The notes beneath the pieces are model-generated. The model saw nothing but the letters and a program-made list of their open reading frames with translations, made no database searches and was not told where the DNA came from. Positions 26,385 to 38,790 of a DNA stretch of 64,000 nucleotides are shown here, piece by piece. The first letter of the stretch is position 1. Every line of letters begins with the position of its first letter. The position numbers and the translations under genes were made by a program. The stretch spans positions 14,629,480-14,693,479 of the forward strand of contig NC_068997.1 in assembly GCF_001194135.2 (NCBI RefSeq). Reading direction: 5' to 3'. This DNA comes from Octopus bimaculoides (taxonomy: Eukaryota).

Positions 26385-26772
26385 CACTTGTTTCATTCAT
26401 CTGATTGCAGCCATGCTGGAGCACTGCCAAACAAGTCAACCCCAGGACTTATTTAAACATAGTACTTATTTTATCAGTTTCTTTTGCTAAACTGCTAATT
26501 ACAGTGATGTAAGCACACCAATACCAGTTGTCAAGTGGTGATGGGAGTGAGAAACACAAACACAAAGACACACAGATATATAACACACAGACACACACTC
26601 TAACACACACATGTATATATACGATGGGCTTCTTTCAGTTTCCATCTACCAAATCAACTCACAAGGCTTTGTTTGGCCTAAGGCTATAGCAGAAGACATT
26701 TTCCCAAGGTGCCATGCAGTGGGACTGAACCCACGACCACGTGGTTGGAAGCAAGCTTCATACCACACAGTC
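26385..26772 (-). mobile_element. SINE family B, near full-length
   Basis: Reverse-complement copy, head ending AAGCAAGCTTCATACCACACAGTCA. Confidence 0.85.
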
Positions 26773-26884
26773 ATGACAACACACACAGACAACTTGAAGA
26801 TAAGATATCTAGAGAGATGCATAGTCAATTATATTGTGAGACACATATGTAGACAACTGGAAAGGGTGATAGATACAAGGAAGG

Positions 26885-27098
26885 TGAAGAGGCGAAAAAG
26901 TTCTTGGCTTCAAGGGCATCGTAAAAAGCCTGGCTGGAGGCCCAACCTTTTAAGTTCTTTTACAGGGATCAGGAAACCTGAAGGATCACTGCAATAAATG
27001 TGTGAATCTGAGAAGGGAATATATTGAATAGAGTCATAATTGACTGATCCTCCTGTATTTTATTTACCCAAAGCCAGGAACTTTTTGGTGGCCTACCA
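26885..27098 (+). mobile_element. Second, more diverged copy of the mariner-derived MITE
   Basis: Colinear with 50755-50970 (AAAAAGTTCTTGGCTT ... AAGCCAGGAACTTTTT; shared GGAGGCCCAA and CTGCAATAAATGTGTGAATCTGAGA). Confidence 0.8.
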
Positions 27099-27362
27099 TA
27101 TCTAGACAATATTTGGTGAGATTGATGGATAAATGGAAAGTAGGAGCGATATAAATGCAAGCAATTAAATGGTGAGACAGATATAGATAAATGAATGATA
27201 AGATACATGTAAAATATATTAATGGCTACATGGTGAGATAGATCTGTAAGACGAATGGATGGTTATATAGGTACTCAGAAAACTTTAAGCAAAAATCAAA
27301 TAAATAGAAAAATTAATATTTCTAAATCTCTGAATGAGAACCATTCAGTAACATTACTCTAG

Positions 27363-27424
27363 AACAAGGGATCTTAGTGTCCCCACTCAGCTCAAGCAGG
27401 GTGGGGACACTAAGCTCCCTTGTT
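27363..27424. other. 62-nt near-perfect hairpin (26-bp stem, 10-nt loop)
   Basis: AACAAGGGATCTTAGTGTCCCCACTC-AGCTCAAGCA-GGGTGGGGACACTAAGCTCCCTTGTT. Confidence 0.85.
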
Positions 27425-28892
27425 TAAAAATATAAGGATGCAGATAGTGTGTCGATATCCAGCTGGAGACGACGTTTCTTGGGGCTAAATAACAGTAACA
27501 TTCATCCTAATCAGGACTGCCGCATTATGTTGGCAAATAATTTTTATATTGGCATGAATATTTTCCAATATTCTAGTTTTAAGTCCCGAGCTCAAACCCT
27601 TGTGGGAGCAAATTTTTATGTTATACTTTTCAGGTCAGTCAGACAAAAATATTTACTTTCACAAAATGTGTACCCTGCTCTGATGTCTAGAGTCTTGAAC
27701 CACAAAAATGGAAAGTGGCTCTGATGTCAGCTTCAGGAAGCTGGTGAATGAGAAACCTTTTAGTCAACTTGAACTCTGTGTAGTCAAAACTAGTTAGACA
27801 TCACGTTCAGGGAGAAGTCTGCAAACATTGTAGAAATTAAGGAAGGAAACAAATAGAAAGAAAAAAAATAAGAAAAAAATAGATAAGTAACAATAATGAT
27901 AAAAATAAAAATAGAACAAAAAGAAAACAAACACAGAAGAAATAAACAATTATATAATAAAAGAAAAGAAATAAAAAGTGTTTCCAAACACAAGCTAATC
28001 AGAGCCTGACAAACAAAATCTATCTTTTATTGAGTATGTGTCCTGTCGTTTGGCATAAATCAAAGTGGCACATCTCCCAGTTTATTTGTAATTAAATTCA
28101 TTAGCATTGCGTTATAGCAATTAAGAAGTGGAAAATCTGGGTGAATTGATTGTTTGATCTTTGCAATCTGGTGAAAGAGGGAAGGAGAGAAAGATAGTGG
28201 TGCGGGGGTGGGGTGGAGGAGTGGGATAGTTAGAGAGTATATACATAAAAATAAGCATTGACTCAGATTGAAATTGCTTATTATTATTTCGTTATTTGGT
28301 TACTAATTTAAAAAAAAATAAACGAAACGTTTAACACACACACACACACATATGTATACATATATATATATATATATAATATATATAGATATACATATAC
28401 ATATGCACATATATTTATATATACGTACATACATATGTATATATAAACCTTTGAATTCAAATAAACATTGACTATTTAATATTTATATCTATAAAAAACA
28501 TGAAAAAAAAAACAACAGTTGTATCATCATTCACATAATCCTCTACACCGACACCCTCTTCAATTTATATATATATGTAGCATTAAATATTCTGCCTCCC
28601 ATACTCCATTGATTTGATCAGAATAGGTAAATACATACATATGATATATATACATANNNNNNNNNNATATATATATATATTCAGACATATATATGTGTGT
28701 ATATCTATCTATAAATATATGTTTGTATGTAGGTATATATATATATCATATATTTATATGCAGAGACACAAATATTGTTAAGGAGATTTAAGTATATAAC
28801 AGCATTCATTTAATATTTTGTGTAAAGGAGTATGAAAAATGAAAATGATGATAGCAGAATAATTGAGTTGAGTGTCAGACAAAATATGTTGG

Positions 28893-29065
28893 TGGTGGCA
28901 CGGCTGTGTGGTAAGAAGGCTTGATTTGTAACCATGTAGTTGTGGGGTTTGATCCTACTATGCAATACCTTGGGCTACTTTCTTCTGTCAGAGCCCTGAG
29001 TTGAACAATATCTTGTGAATGGAATCTAATAGATATAATCTGTGTAGAAGCTTGTCATATGTATG
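28893..29065 (+). mobile_element. SINE family B, diverged 5' part
   Basis: GGCACGGCTGTGTGGTAAGAAGG...ATACCTTGGGC. Confidence 0.7.
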
Positions 29066-29234
29066 TGTCTATGCTCTTCTCCTGCTCCTTTTTAATTTTA
29101 GAGCAAATTTAACCCAGTAAAAACAAGTTAACTTGTTTTCACCCAATTTGTCTTTTTCAGAGTGTGACAAATAAACTCGTCCAAAGCATAATTTCAACAA
29201 CAGCTGCAGATGAGTCACAATTCTTGGCATTTCT

Positions 29235-29423
29235 TGGTTTTCATCTTTTTTTGGGGGAAGGGGGGGGGCAGTTGATTAGATCGACCCCAGTATGCAACTG
29301 GTACTTAATTTATCGACCCCGAAAGGATGAAAGGCAAAGTCGACCTCAGCGGAGCTTCAACTCAGAATGTAATGGCAGACAAAATACCCGGTGTGCTAAC
29401 AATTCTACCAGCTCGTCATCCTA
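29235..29423 (-). mobile_element. SINE family A
   Basis: Reverse complement of the consensus (CTGGTACTTAATTTATCGACCCCGAAAGGATGAAAGGC). Confidence 0.85.
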
Positions 29424-29649
29424 ATCACTTTCTTAAATAATAATGAATAATAATAACAATAATAATCCCCACCACCACAAGCAGAAGGTTCAAAAGTCTG
29501 TAGGAAGGCTTTAGTTAATTAGATTGACCCAGCATTCAACTGGAACCTCAATGCCATTTCTTCAAGGATAAACAAACCAACCTTCTCCAACAGATGCACG
29601 TATTTTTCTGCAAATAAATTTCTTAACAGCATTGCCATATATGGTACTC

Positions 29650-29850
29650 TTTTACTCTTTCAGTCATTGAACTGCAAATATGCTGGAGCACTCTCTTTTA
29701 GAGTTAGCTGAATAAATCTTTACCAGTATTTATTTCAATTCTGGCACCTGTTCTATCATTCATTTTAGCTGAGCTACTAAGTTAAATGATAGAAGTAAGC
29801 CAACATTGATTGTCGATTGTTGGGGCACAGACACAAACACATACAGAGTC
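29650..29850 (-). mobile_element. SINE family B, diverged 3' part
   Basis: TTTTACTCTTTCAGTCATTGAACTGCAAATATGCTGGAGCAC. Confidence 0.65.
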
Positions 29851-30146
29851 CTGCACACCTTATACCTGAGAAAAAGACAAAATAATCATAACTAAACTGT
29901 CTTTCATCATTGGTCTGTTTGATTAAGTTTTACCTAGAGTGAGACAACAACAACAACACCAACAACAAACCCTCTTCTTAATTAGAGTTTTTAATCAATA
30001 TTAAAACATATTGCTACACATATATAAGTTCGAAATTGCTGTTTGTTATAATAATACTGAAAGTTATCAGATTTTTTTCACACGATGTCTAAATATTTGT
30101 TTTCAAACAAACATTTTATCGACTTATTTCATTCTCTCTCTCTATC

Positions 30147-30184
<38 letters not shown>

Positions 30185-30417
30185 CATATGTATATTTATA
30201 TATACATACATACATGCATATATNNNNNNNNNNNNNNNNNNNNNNNNNNNNNNNNNNNNNNNNNNNNNNNNNNNNNNNNNNNNNNNNNNNNNNNNNNNNN
30301 NNNNNNNNNNNNNNNNNNNNNNNNNNNNNNNNNNNNNNNNNNNNNNNNNNNNNNNNNNNNNNNNNNNNNNNNNNNNNNNNNNNNNNNNNNNNNNNNNNNN
30401 NNNNNNNNNNNNNNNNN

Positions 30418-30539
30418 CCTGTCTATCTATCTATCTATCTAGCTAACTATCTATCTATTTATCTATCTATCTAGCTAGCTATTTATCTATCTATATATCT
30501 ATGTATCTATTTGTCTATCTATCTACCTAGCTAGCTAGC

Positions 30540-30570
<31 letters not shown>

Positions 30571-30606
30571 CCATCTACCTACCTATCTATCTATCTATCT
30601 ATCAGC

Positions 30607-30643
<37 letters not shown>

Positions 30644-30660
30644 CAGTTAGCTAGCTACTT
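30418..30660. repeat. (TATC)n/(TAGC)n compound microsatellite
   Basis: Direct reading. Confidence 0.9.
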
Positions 30661-31162
30661 ATTATTTTGTTAATAACAATCCTCTCCACCACCTAACAAG
30701 TTAACTTCCCATCATCATATAATTACTTGAAAAGCTCTTTTATGAGACAGAAAAATATTTTACTAATTTATGTTCTGAGATAAAACTCTCCTGCGAGTCC
30801 AAAATTAATTTCCAGAAGCTTCCAGCAAAATGCTTTGAATTAAATACTGTCTCTGAGAGACAACTATTTTGGGATTTTTGATGGTTTTTCAAAAACTGAC
30901 AAACAAATTGGTTGAATACAAATTAATTTAGAAACAAGTTTCAAAATTATCTTCTCATACAGTCAACATGATGAAAAGGTTTTTGGCTACGCACACACAT
31001 ATTTTGAGCTCGTTTACAGTGCAGAAATAATCAATTATGAATATATGGATAGAAACAAAACAAAATGGAAAAGAAAAAAACAACGTAAAATAATAATAAA
31101 AATTTTTAAATATTAAAAAGACAACAACAGTGATAATAATATTATTATTATTATTATTATTG

Positions 31163-31198
<36 letters not shown>

Positions 31199-32106
31199 GT
31201 AATAATAATAATAATAATGACAATAATAACAATAATAAAAATGATAATATATAGTTGAGAAAGTGATAAAAAATAAAAACAAAGTGATTTAAATTAAGGA
31301 AAAATACCACAACACAATTTAGACTTTTAGTAATTTACCAATTTCCAATAGAGTTGTTAAATTAATTCATTTGTAGCATTTGAGATATTTTCAAAAATGA
31401 AAGGTATAACAAGGAGAAAAAAGAGAAGGAAAAAGAATTTGAAAATGCAATGACATAGAAAGAAAGAAAGAAAGAAAGAAATTAAACTTTTGGTAAGAAG
31501 TGCAATAAGAATATTATTAAAAATACCATTGTCATGACAAGACCAATTCTTGAAAACATAAGATAATAAACAATATGATTGTTGAAATAGCAGTATCACA
31601 GAACACAGCTGGCAACTCCGCAATTTGAAGTCTTCGACTCATTTTCTTCTCTCTCACATTTCAACCTTTACCAATGCTGCTTTTTTTTTCTGTTATTTTG
31701 TAAACTTTTGTGATTAAATGTTAATTTAAAGGAGAAAAAAATAATAGAAATTTAGGAAAAAAAAGACAAAAAACAACTCTTGGCTACAGTATTTTTATTT
31801 TGTTTTGAAATTTGACGAATCAACAAAAACATTCTTAATATCAGATGATGGAGTCAAACAACAACGAAAAATCACAATTGATAATGTCACTAAAGCATAC
31901 ATCGCTTTAAACTTTATCACCTTGCTTCCAGTAAGAAGTTATAGATGTAATTGATGCACTGAATAGGACATAGCTCTCATTTCTTTGCAATATTGCATAT
32001 AGAGTATATCTTATATTTTGCTTAGTGTTAAATTACAGTTCACACTCTCTCTCCCCACCTAATATATACATGTATATATGTGTGTGTGTGAGCGTATGTG
32101 TGTATA

Positions 32107-32149
<43 letters not shown>

Positions 32150-32201
32150 GAGGTATTTATGTAGACAAGCAAATTAAATATAACAGCTTGAGATTGATAC
32201 A

Positions 32202-32246
<45 letters not shown>

Positions 32247-32775
32247 CGTAGTCTGGTCAATAAGTATCCGGACTGTTGCCATAGTAACAAAGCTAAAGCA
32301 TGCAGAGTAAAGCCACTTGGCACAGATTGACCTTGAACTTTGTTGTGCATGTACCCTAAGTTTTAACATTCTAGCTCACGTCCATTATTTACAGCGGTTC
32401 TTGGAAGGAAGGTATATAGCATGTAATTGTTGCATTGAACATGACAAAGAAAGTCGAGCAGAGAATTTGCATCAAATTTTGTCAAAAGCTTAGCAATACC
32501 TGCTCAGAGACCTACGCAAAGTTTTCAAAAAGTCTCCATCATTCTAGACACAATGAAGAAGAATTTGTGCAACTGAAACCCAAGTGTATTTTTGGTCAGC
32601 TGAAAACGGTACCCAAATCTTCAGTGATAACGGACTGAACTGAAACATAACTAATTTGTACATCCTCTGATACCTCACGGATGGTGATTCGACGATTTCC
32701 CCTCACAGCTGCATGCACAGCTGCAATGTTTTTCTCAGTTCTGCTGATTGTAGGTCTTCACAGCTTGAAGTGAGA
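32247..32775. mobile_element. Mariner fossil: left TIR and N-terminus on +, followed by an inverted internal segment on -
   Basis: TA then CGTAGTCTGGTCAATAAGTATCCGGACTG (TIR-like). The + strand reads MTKKVEQRICIKFCQKLSNTCSETYAK. The - strand from about 32760 to 32519 reads RPTISRTEKNIAAVHAAVRGNRRITIREVSEDVQISYVSVQSVITEDLG..FSADQKYTWVSVAQILLHCV*NDGDFLKT, typical of the mariner HTH2/linker region. Confidence 0.85.
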
Positions 32776-32935
32776 GAATTTTATCATACCACCAAAAACA
32801 TAAAAAGGATGTTGATAAAAGACCTGGAAGCTTACCTCTACTCAACATCAGTTCTTATTCAAGTCGATTCACTTTTGGATGGATTGCTTGTACTTTGGCT
32901 TGCAGAATTCATATATTTGTTCACTTGTTTTTTAT

Positions 32936-33311
32936 TATTACCTCCGCTTTAGCGAAGGCGGAGATATTGTTTTCAGTCATGTTTGTTTGTTTGTTTGTCT
33001 TTGGACAACATATCTCAAGAACTGCTGGATGGATTCAGATGAAACTTTCTGGGATGCTTGGCCTTATGACTGGCACAAACTGATTAGATTTTGGGATCAA
33101 TCCAGTACCAGACAAGGATTCTGGATTATTTTTCCTGTTGTTTTTTTTTACTTAATTTTTGAGAGTGGTCGGGTTCATTTTTAGTATTCATATTTGTGAG
33201 AGCAGTTGAGTTTATTTTAGATAATCTCATTTTAAAAATCATCTCCAGCTAATCATTGAGAGGATGTTGGTGTTGCCTTGGCAGAGGTTTGACATCTCTA
33301 AGAGCTCTTGT
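32936..33311 (+). mobile_element. Non-autonomous Helentron-associated element (HINE/DINE-1-like), copy 1
   Basis: 5' ATTACCTCCGCTTTAGCGAAGGCGGAG hairpin/subterminal IR, a (GTTT)n tract, 3' subterminal IR CCTTGGCAGAGGT and terminus ...GAGCTCTTGTT in a T-rich site. It is the reverse complement of 61590-61962. Confidence 0.75.
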
Positions 33312-33744
33312 TTTATTATTATTTTTTTTTTTTTTGGCATGGTTATTTTTTTCAAATGGATACACTTCTTAACTCAGACAGTTTTGCAACAAGCTGCTTT
33401 ACAGCATGGTGTGAGCATTATATATGAGTGTGTATATGTGTATGTGCATCAGTGTGTGTGTGCTTCTAAGTTTGTGAATATGTATACCGCAAGGAAAAGA
33501 ACAAAATCATTGAAGCTCACAATCTCCACAATATAATTCTTGCCAAAGATCACTTAACAGTTTTCACAGACTAAGGTCTTCTCTCTGAACTTTTCCTTCT
33601 TTCTGACAAAGAGCCATGCTCAAAACATTACTCATATTTTTCCATCCCAAACTATTCCTGAGCATCAATCAAATATATTCTCTGCGTACATCCAAACCAA
33701 ATTTTGTTGTTTTTTATTTTTCATTTGCCTATTTTTTTATTCTT

Positions 33745-34158
33745 TTATTCTTTTACTCTTTTATTTGTTTTACTCATTTTTGACTGCAGCCATGCTGGGG
33801 CACCACTTTTAGTTGAACAAATCGATTCCAGGGCTTATTCTTTGTAATCCTAGTACTTATTCTATCGGTCTCTTTTGTCGAACCACTAGGTTACAGGGAA
33901 GTAAACACACCAACATTCATTGCCAAGCAATGGTGGGAGGGACAAACTCAGACGCAAAGACACACACATAAATATATATATATATATATATATATACAAT
34001 GGGCTTCTTTCAGTTTCCGTCTACTAAATCCACTCACAAGGATTTGGTCAGCTGGAGGCAATAGTAGAAGACACTTGCGCAAGGTGCCACACAGTGGGAC
34101 TGAACCCAGAACCATGTGGTTGGTAAGCAAGCTACTTACGACACAGCCACTCCTGTGC
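33745..34158 (-). mobile_element. SINE family B, full-length
   Basis: (TTTTACTC)n tail through to the head GCTACTTACGACACAGCCACTCCTG. Confidence 0.9.
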
Positions 34159-34904
34159 CTATACACACACACACATACACACACGCACACACACACACGC
34201 ACACACACACGCACACACACACACACACACACGCACACATACACACACATATATATATATGCATATATATAAATAAATACAGAGAGAGAGAGAGAGATAC
34301 ATACACATTTCCGCATATATATTTGACATAAACATCCATGACGAGAGTTGTCATCATACTGCCAAAGATCAAATCATCTCCTCACTGCATTTCATATTTA
34401 ATTAATATTTAACTAATTAAAATATCCCGGTTGGCTCTCACTGTTTCCTTATTTGTTGATATTTTACAATATCAACATAATGCAATAATTAATTTTTTAA
34501 AAAATACCTGTTCTCTTCCCTACAGGTGTAATTTGAATTAATTATAAATTGGTGGCTCACTTCATTAGATATGCTAATGCCCGTTTTACAATTACATAAC
34601 ATGCCACAGGCATCTAAGGTTAGTTTTCCAGGATATTTTTCTCTCTTTTTCTGTCCTTCTTTCCTTTTCTTTCTCTCTCTCCCTCTCTTTCTGTCTCTGC
34701 CACTCTCACTTTCTCTCTGTTCATTCATTTAATGTCTATTTCTCTATCTTTGGATGGGTTAAATAGGAGTTCATAGGAGCATTTAAGAGCCAAATGCCCT
34801 TAACAGTTATTAAAACAAGGGATCTATTATTCCACAGATCTTCAAAATGCTTGTAACTTCAACATCCATGAACACACACACGTGTACACACACACACAAT
34901 AGAC

Positions 34905-35060
34905 TTACACACACATTCCATCACCTAATTCCATTCGAAAATCAAAAAGCATTGGGTTGGCCCAGGGCTATAATGAAAAACATTTGCTCAAGATGACAGA
35001 CTGTAAGATTGAACCTGAAACTGCATGGTTACAATGCAAAATTCTGAATCATACAGTCTG
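34905..35060 (-). mobile_element. SINE family B, diverged 5' part
   Basis: GGGTTGGCCCAGGGCTATAATGAAAAACATTTGCTCAAG. Confidence 0.55.
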
Positions 35061-35124
35061 TACCCTCTTATATATAAATACATACATATATATAGATATA
35101 TAAATATATATATATATATAATAA

Positions 35125-35445
35125 GTACAGGTGTGGCTGTGTGGTATGAAGCTTCCCAACCACATGGTTCCAGGTTCAGTGTGGCAACTTGAGCAAGTGT
35201 CCTCTACTATAGCCTCGGGCCAACAAGAGCCTTGTGAGTGGATTTGGTAGATGGAAACTAAAAGAAGCCTGTTGTGTATATATACATAAATGTATATATA
35301 TTTATGTGTGTGTGTCTTTGTGTCTGTGTTTCCCCCACCATTGCTTGACAAAAGATGTTGATGTGTTTATGTACCCGAAACTTAGCAGTTCGGCAAAAGA
35401 GACTGATAGAATAAGGACTAGGCTTACAAAGAATAAGTCCTGGTG
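35125..35445 (+). mobile_element. SINE family B, lacking the extreme 3' end
   Basis: CAGGTGTGGCTGTGTGGTATGAAGC...AAAGAATAAGTCCTGG. Confidence 0.85.
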
Positions 35446-35766
35446 GTGACGACGATGACAATGGTGGCAACAATGATGATGATGACAGCAACAATGATGA
35501 TGATGGTGATGGTGATGATAAAATTCTTTGTGTGAATAGTGTGAACATATTATTGGGTCTACTGAAGGACCTGAAGGCATAAAAGTCAATGTCGATTCCA
35601 CTTAGCACTTGAATCCTTTCAAAAACATCAAAACACCAATACTCACAAAGAAAAGAAAAAGACATATTTAAAACAAAACAAGCAAAAAGATTGCAGTTCT
35701 ACAGGGCTGGTGTTCTGCAACCGTTTCCATACATAGAGATCAAGAGCATATGGTGAATACCATCAA

Positions 35767-35965
35767 AAGCCGGTGAGCTGGCAAAGTCGTTAGCATGCCA
35801 GGTGAAATACTTAGCAGTATTTCATCTGTCTTTACGTTCTGAGTTCAAATTCTGCCGAGGGCGACTTTGTCTTTTATCTTTCGGAGTCGATAAATTAAGT
35901 ATCAGTTGCATACTGGAGGCGATCTAATCAACTGCCCCCCCCTCCTCAAAAATTTCTGGCCATAT
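35767..35965 (+). mobile_element. SINE family A
   Basis: Colinear copy. Confidence 0.85.
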
Positions 35966-36009
35966 ATGAACATACCTACGTATATATGTATATATACATG
36001 CATATATGG

Positions 36010-36192
36010 GTACAGGACATCAAAACAACAAGAAACGAGAACATAAAAACAAAAACATAGTAAACGAACTTTTTTCGAACAAAGAAAGAAACAAACAGAG
36101 AAACGAGACGTGCAACATGAAGAACATTCCTTTCATCCATTGTCCCCTGTTTTATCAACAGTTTCAAAGGTAGGGACAAGACGAGACTTCGT
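36010..36192. mobile_element. Possible Penelope-like element remnant abutting an N gap
   Basis: A CpG-containing, A-rich segment (GGGTACAGGACATCAAAAC...TTTCAAAGGTAGGGACAAGACG) embedded in (TA)n, a context I associate with PLE pseudo-LTR remnants. No coding motif. Confidence 0.3.
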
Positions 36193-36537
36193 NNNNNNNN
36201 NNNNNNNNNNNNNNNNNNNNNNNNNNNNNNNNNNNNNNNNNNNNNNNNNNNNNNNNNNNNNNNNNNNNNNNNNNNNNNNNNNNNNNNNNNNNNNNNNNNN
36301 NNNNNNNNNNNNNNNNNNNNNNNNNNNNNNNNNNNNNNNNNNNNNNNNNNNNNNNNNNNNNNNNNNNNNNNNNNNNNNNNNNNNNNNNNNNNNNNNNNNN
36401 NNNNNNNNNNNNNNNNNNNNNNNNNNNNNNNNNNNNNNNNNNNNNNNNNNNNNNNNNNNNNNNNNNNNNNNNNNNNNNNNNNNNNNNNNNNNNNNNNNNN
36501 NNNNNNNNNNNNNNNNNNNNNNNNNNNNNNNNNNNNN

Positions 36538-36628
36538 ACACTTACCCCTCACCCAAGGTGTCACGAAGTGGAACTGAACCTGGAACCTTGTGGTTGGGAA
36601 GTAAGCTTCTTACCACACAGCCACGCCT
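36538..36628 (-). mobile_element. SINE family B head (rest in N gap)
   Basis: CCCAAGGTGTCACGAAGTGGAACTGAACC...CTTACCACACAGCCACGCC. Confidence 0.8.
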
Positions 36629-36654
36629 AGTTAGTTTGGAAAATTGAAACAGAC

Positions 36655-36755
36655 AGAAATAGAAAGAGAAAGAGAAAAGAGAGAGAAATATGTTTTTTCA
36701 AGATTATTTTGAAATATTCAAAGAGAGCGATAGAGAGAGGGAGTGAGTGATAGAA

Positions 36756-36788
<33 letters not shown>

Positions 36789-36804
36789 AATAGAGAGAAA
36801 GAGC

Positions 36805-36861
<57 letters not shown>

Positions 36862-36862
36862 T
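36655..36862. repeat. (GA)n-rich purine tract
   Basis: Direct reading. Confidence 0.9.
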
Positions 36863-38756
36863 TGTAGAAAGACTGACAGAGATGGAGGATAAAAGAAAAC
36901 CATTTTGGTGGTGGCTTTCAGATTTTTCTTCCAGCACCACTTCTTCCAACACCACTGAACTCCTTCAACTCACATATAATTACTTGATTAGCCTGAATCA
37001 TTCCTTGGATCTTTAATCCATTCTTTCAATTAAGTGGGAATAATTTTCAATATTTGTTTTACTGTTTCAATGATTTTACTTTTAAACATTTTTATTTCAA
37101 CTTTCGTTTGTACTTGTTTCTGCGTGCGCCTATACACAAACACAAACATATATATATATATATATATATGTATGTATATGATCATCAGTGTGTGTATGCA
37201 TGTGTGTGTGTGTTTATTTTCTTAAATAAATTCGATATATCTTATTGCGTGTCTGTATTAATGTTTATGCATGTACAATGCATGTGATGTATTTGTGTTT
37301 CTTTTCTTGAATGAGTTCTATATGTATTTCTATTTGTATAGTATAACTTTTTGGTTTCCATTGGGATTTTTTTTTGCATAAATATATTTATAAATTTGCT
37401 GTTTGTTTTAATAAGGGTGAAGGTGGGTGAAAAGGAAACAGAATGGTATGTGATGGTGTTGCATAGTATTGGATGTAGGTGCTGAATGCTTCCATTTTTC
37501 CCCCCTTTGTTTCTTTATTAGTTTGTTAACAAGACTGTTTAATGAAATTATTTGATTATTATTAATTTTAAAATCTTTCTTCGTTAAAATACACATGCGT
37601 GTGTATGTATGTATGTAGGCATATGTGTGTATGTGTGTGTGTGCATGTGTGTGTATAGAGAGAGATGGATAGATAGATATACACATCTATATATATACAT
37701 ATTTATACACACGTATATATGTATATGTGTTGTGTAAATGTATATATATGTGTGTGTGTGTATATATATATATATAAATAGATAGATATAAATATATATA
37801 TATATGTATATATATAAGCATATATATATGTATATATACACACACACATATATATATATATACACAACACATATACATATATATATTTATGTATATATAT
37901 ATATGTATATATACACACACACATANNNNNNNNNNNNNNNNNNNNNNNNNNNNNNNNNNNNNNNNNNNNNNNNNNNNNNNNNNNNNNNNNNNNNNNNNNN
38001 NNNNNNNNNNNNNNNNNNNNNNNNNNNNNNNNNNNNNNNNNNNNNNNNNNNNNNNNNNNNNNNNNNNNNNNNNNNNNNNNNNNNNNNNNNNNNNNNNNNN
38101 NNNNNNNNNNNNNNNNNNNNNNNNNNNNNNNNNNNNNNNNNNNNNNNNNNNNNNNNNNNNNNNNNNNNNNNNNNNNNNNNNNNNNNNNNNNNNNNNNNNN
38201 NNNNNNNNNNNNNNNNNNNNNNNNNNNNNNNNNNNNNNNNNNNNNNNNNNNNNNNNNNNNNNNNNNNNNNNNNNNNNNNNNNNNNNNNNNNNNNNNNNNN
38301 NNNNNNNNNNNNNNNNNNNNNNNNNNNNNNNNNNNNNNNNNNNNNNNNNNNNNNNNNNNNNNNNNNNNNNNNNNNNNNNNNNNNNNNNNNNNNNNNNNNN
38401 NNNNNNNNNNNNNNNNNNNNNNNNNNNNNNNNNNNNNNNNNNNNNNNNNNNNNNNNNNNNNNNNNNNNNNNNNNNNNNNNNNNNNNNNNNNNNNNNNNNN
38501 NNNNNNNNNNNNNNNNNNNNNNNNNNNNNNNNNNNNNNNNNNNNNNNNNNNNNNNNNNNNNNNNNNNNNNNNNNNNNNNNNNNNNNNNNNNNNNNNNNNN
38601 NNNNNNNNNNNNNNNNNNNNNNNNNNNNNNNNNNNNNNCATGTCATGTTTGTGTGGGTTGGATAGGTCAGAAAAGACCATAGTTGTTTTCTTAATTGATT
38701 TCTGTTTTGCTTGTTTTCATTCATTTTCCAAAAAGATTTCTTTTGTATGTTGTTGC

Positions 38757-38790
<34 letters not shown>

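Noticed and set aside
36100-36192. Possible hammerhead ribozyme in a Penelope-like remnant (GAAAC-stem...GGATGAAAGG on -)
   Set aside because: The core CTGATGA and the NUH cleavage triplet are not intact. Other CTGATGA sites noticed (2551, 3166, 10215, 49752) lack a following stem II-GAAA.
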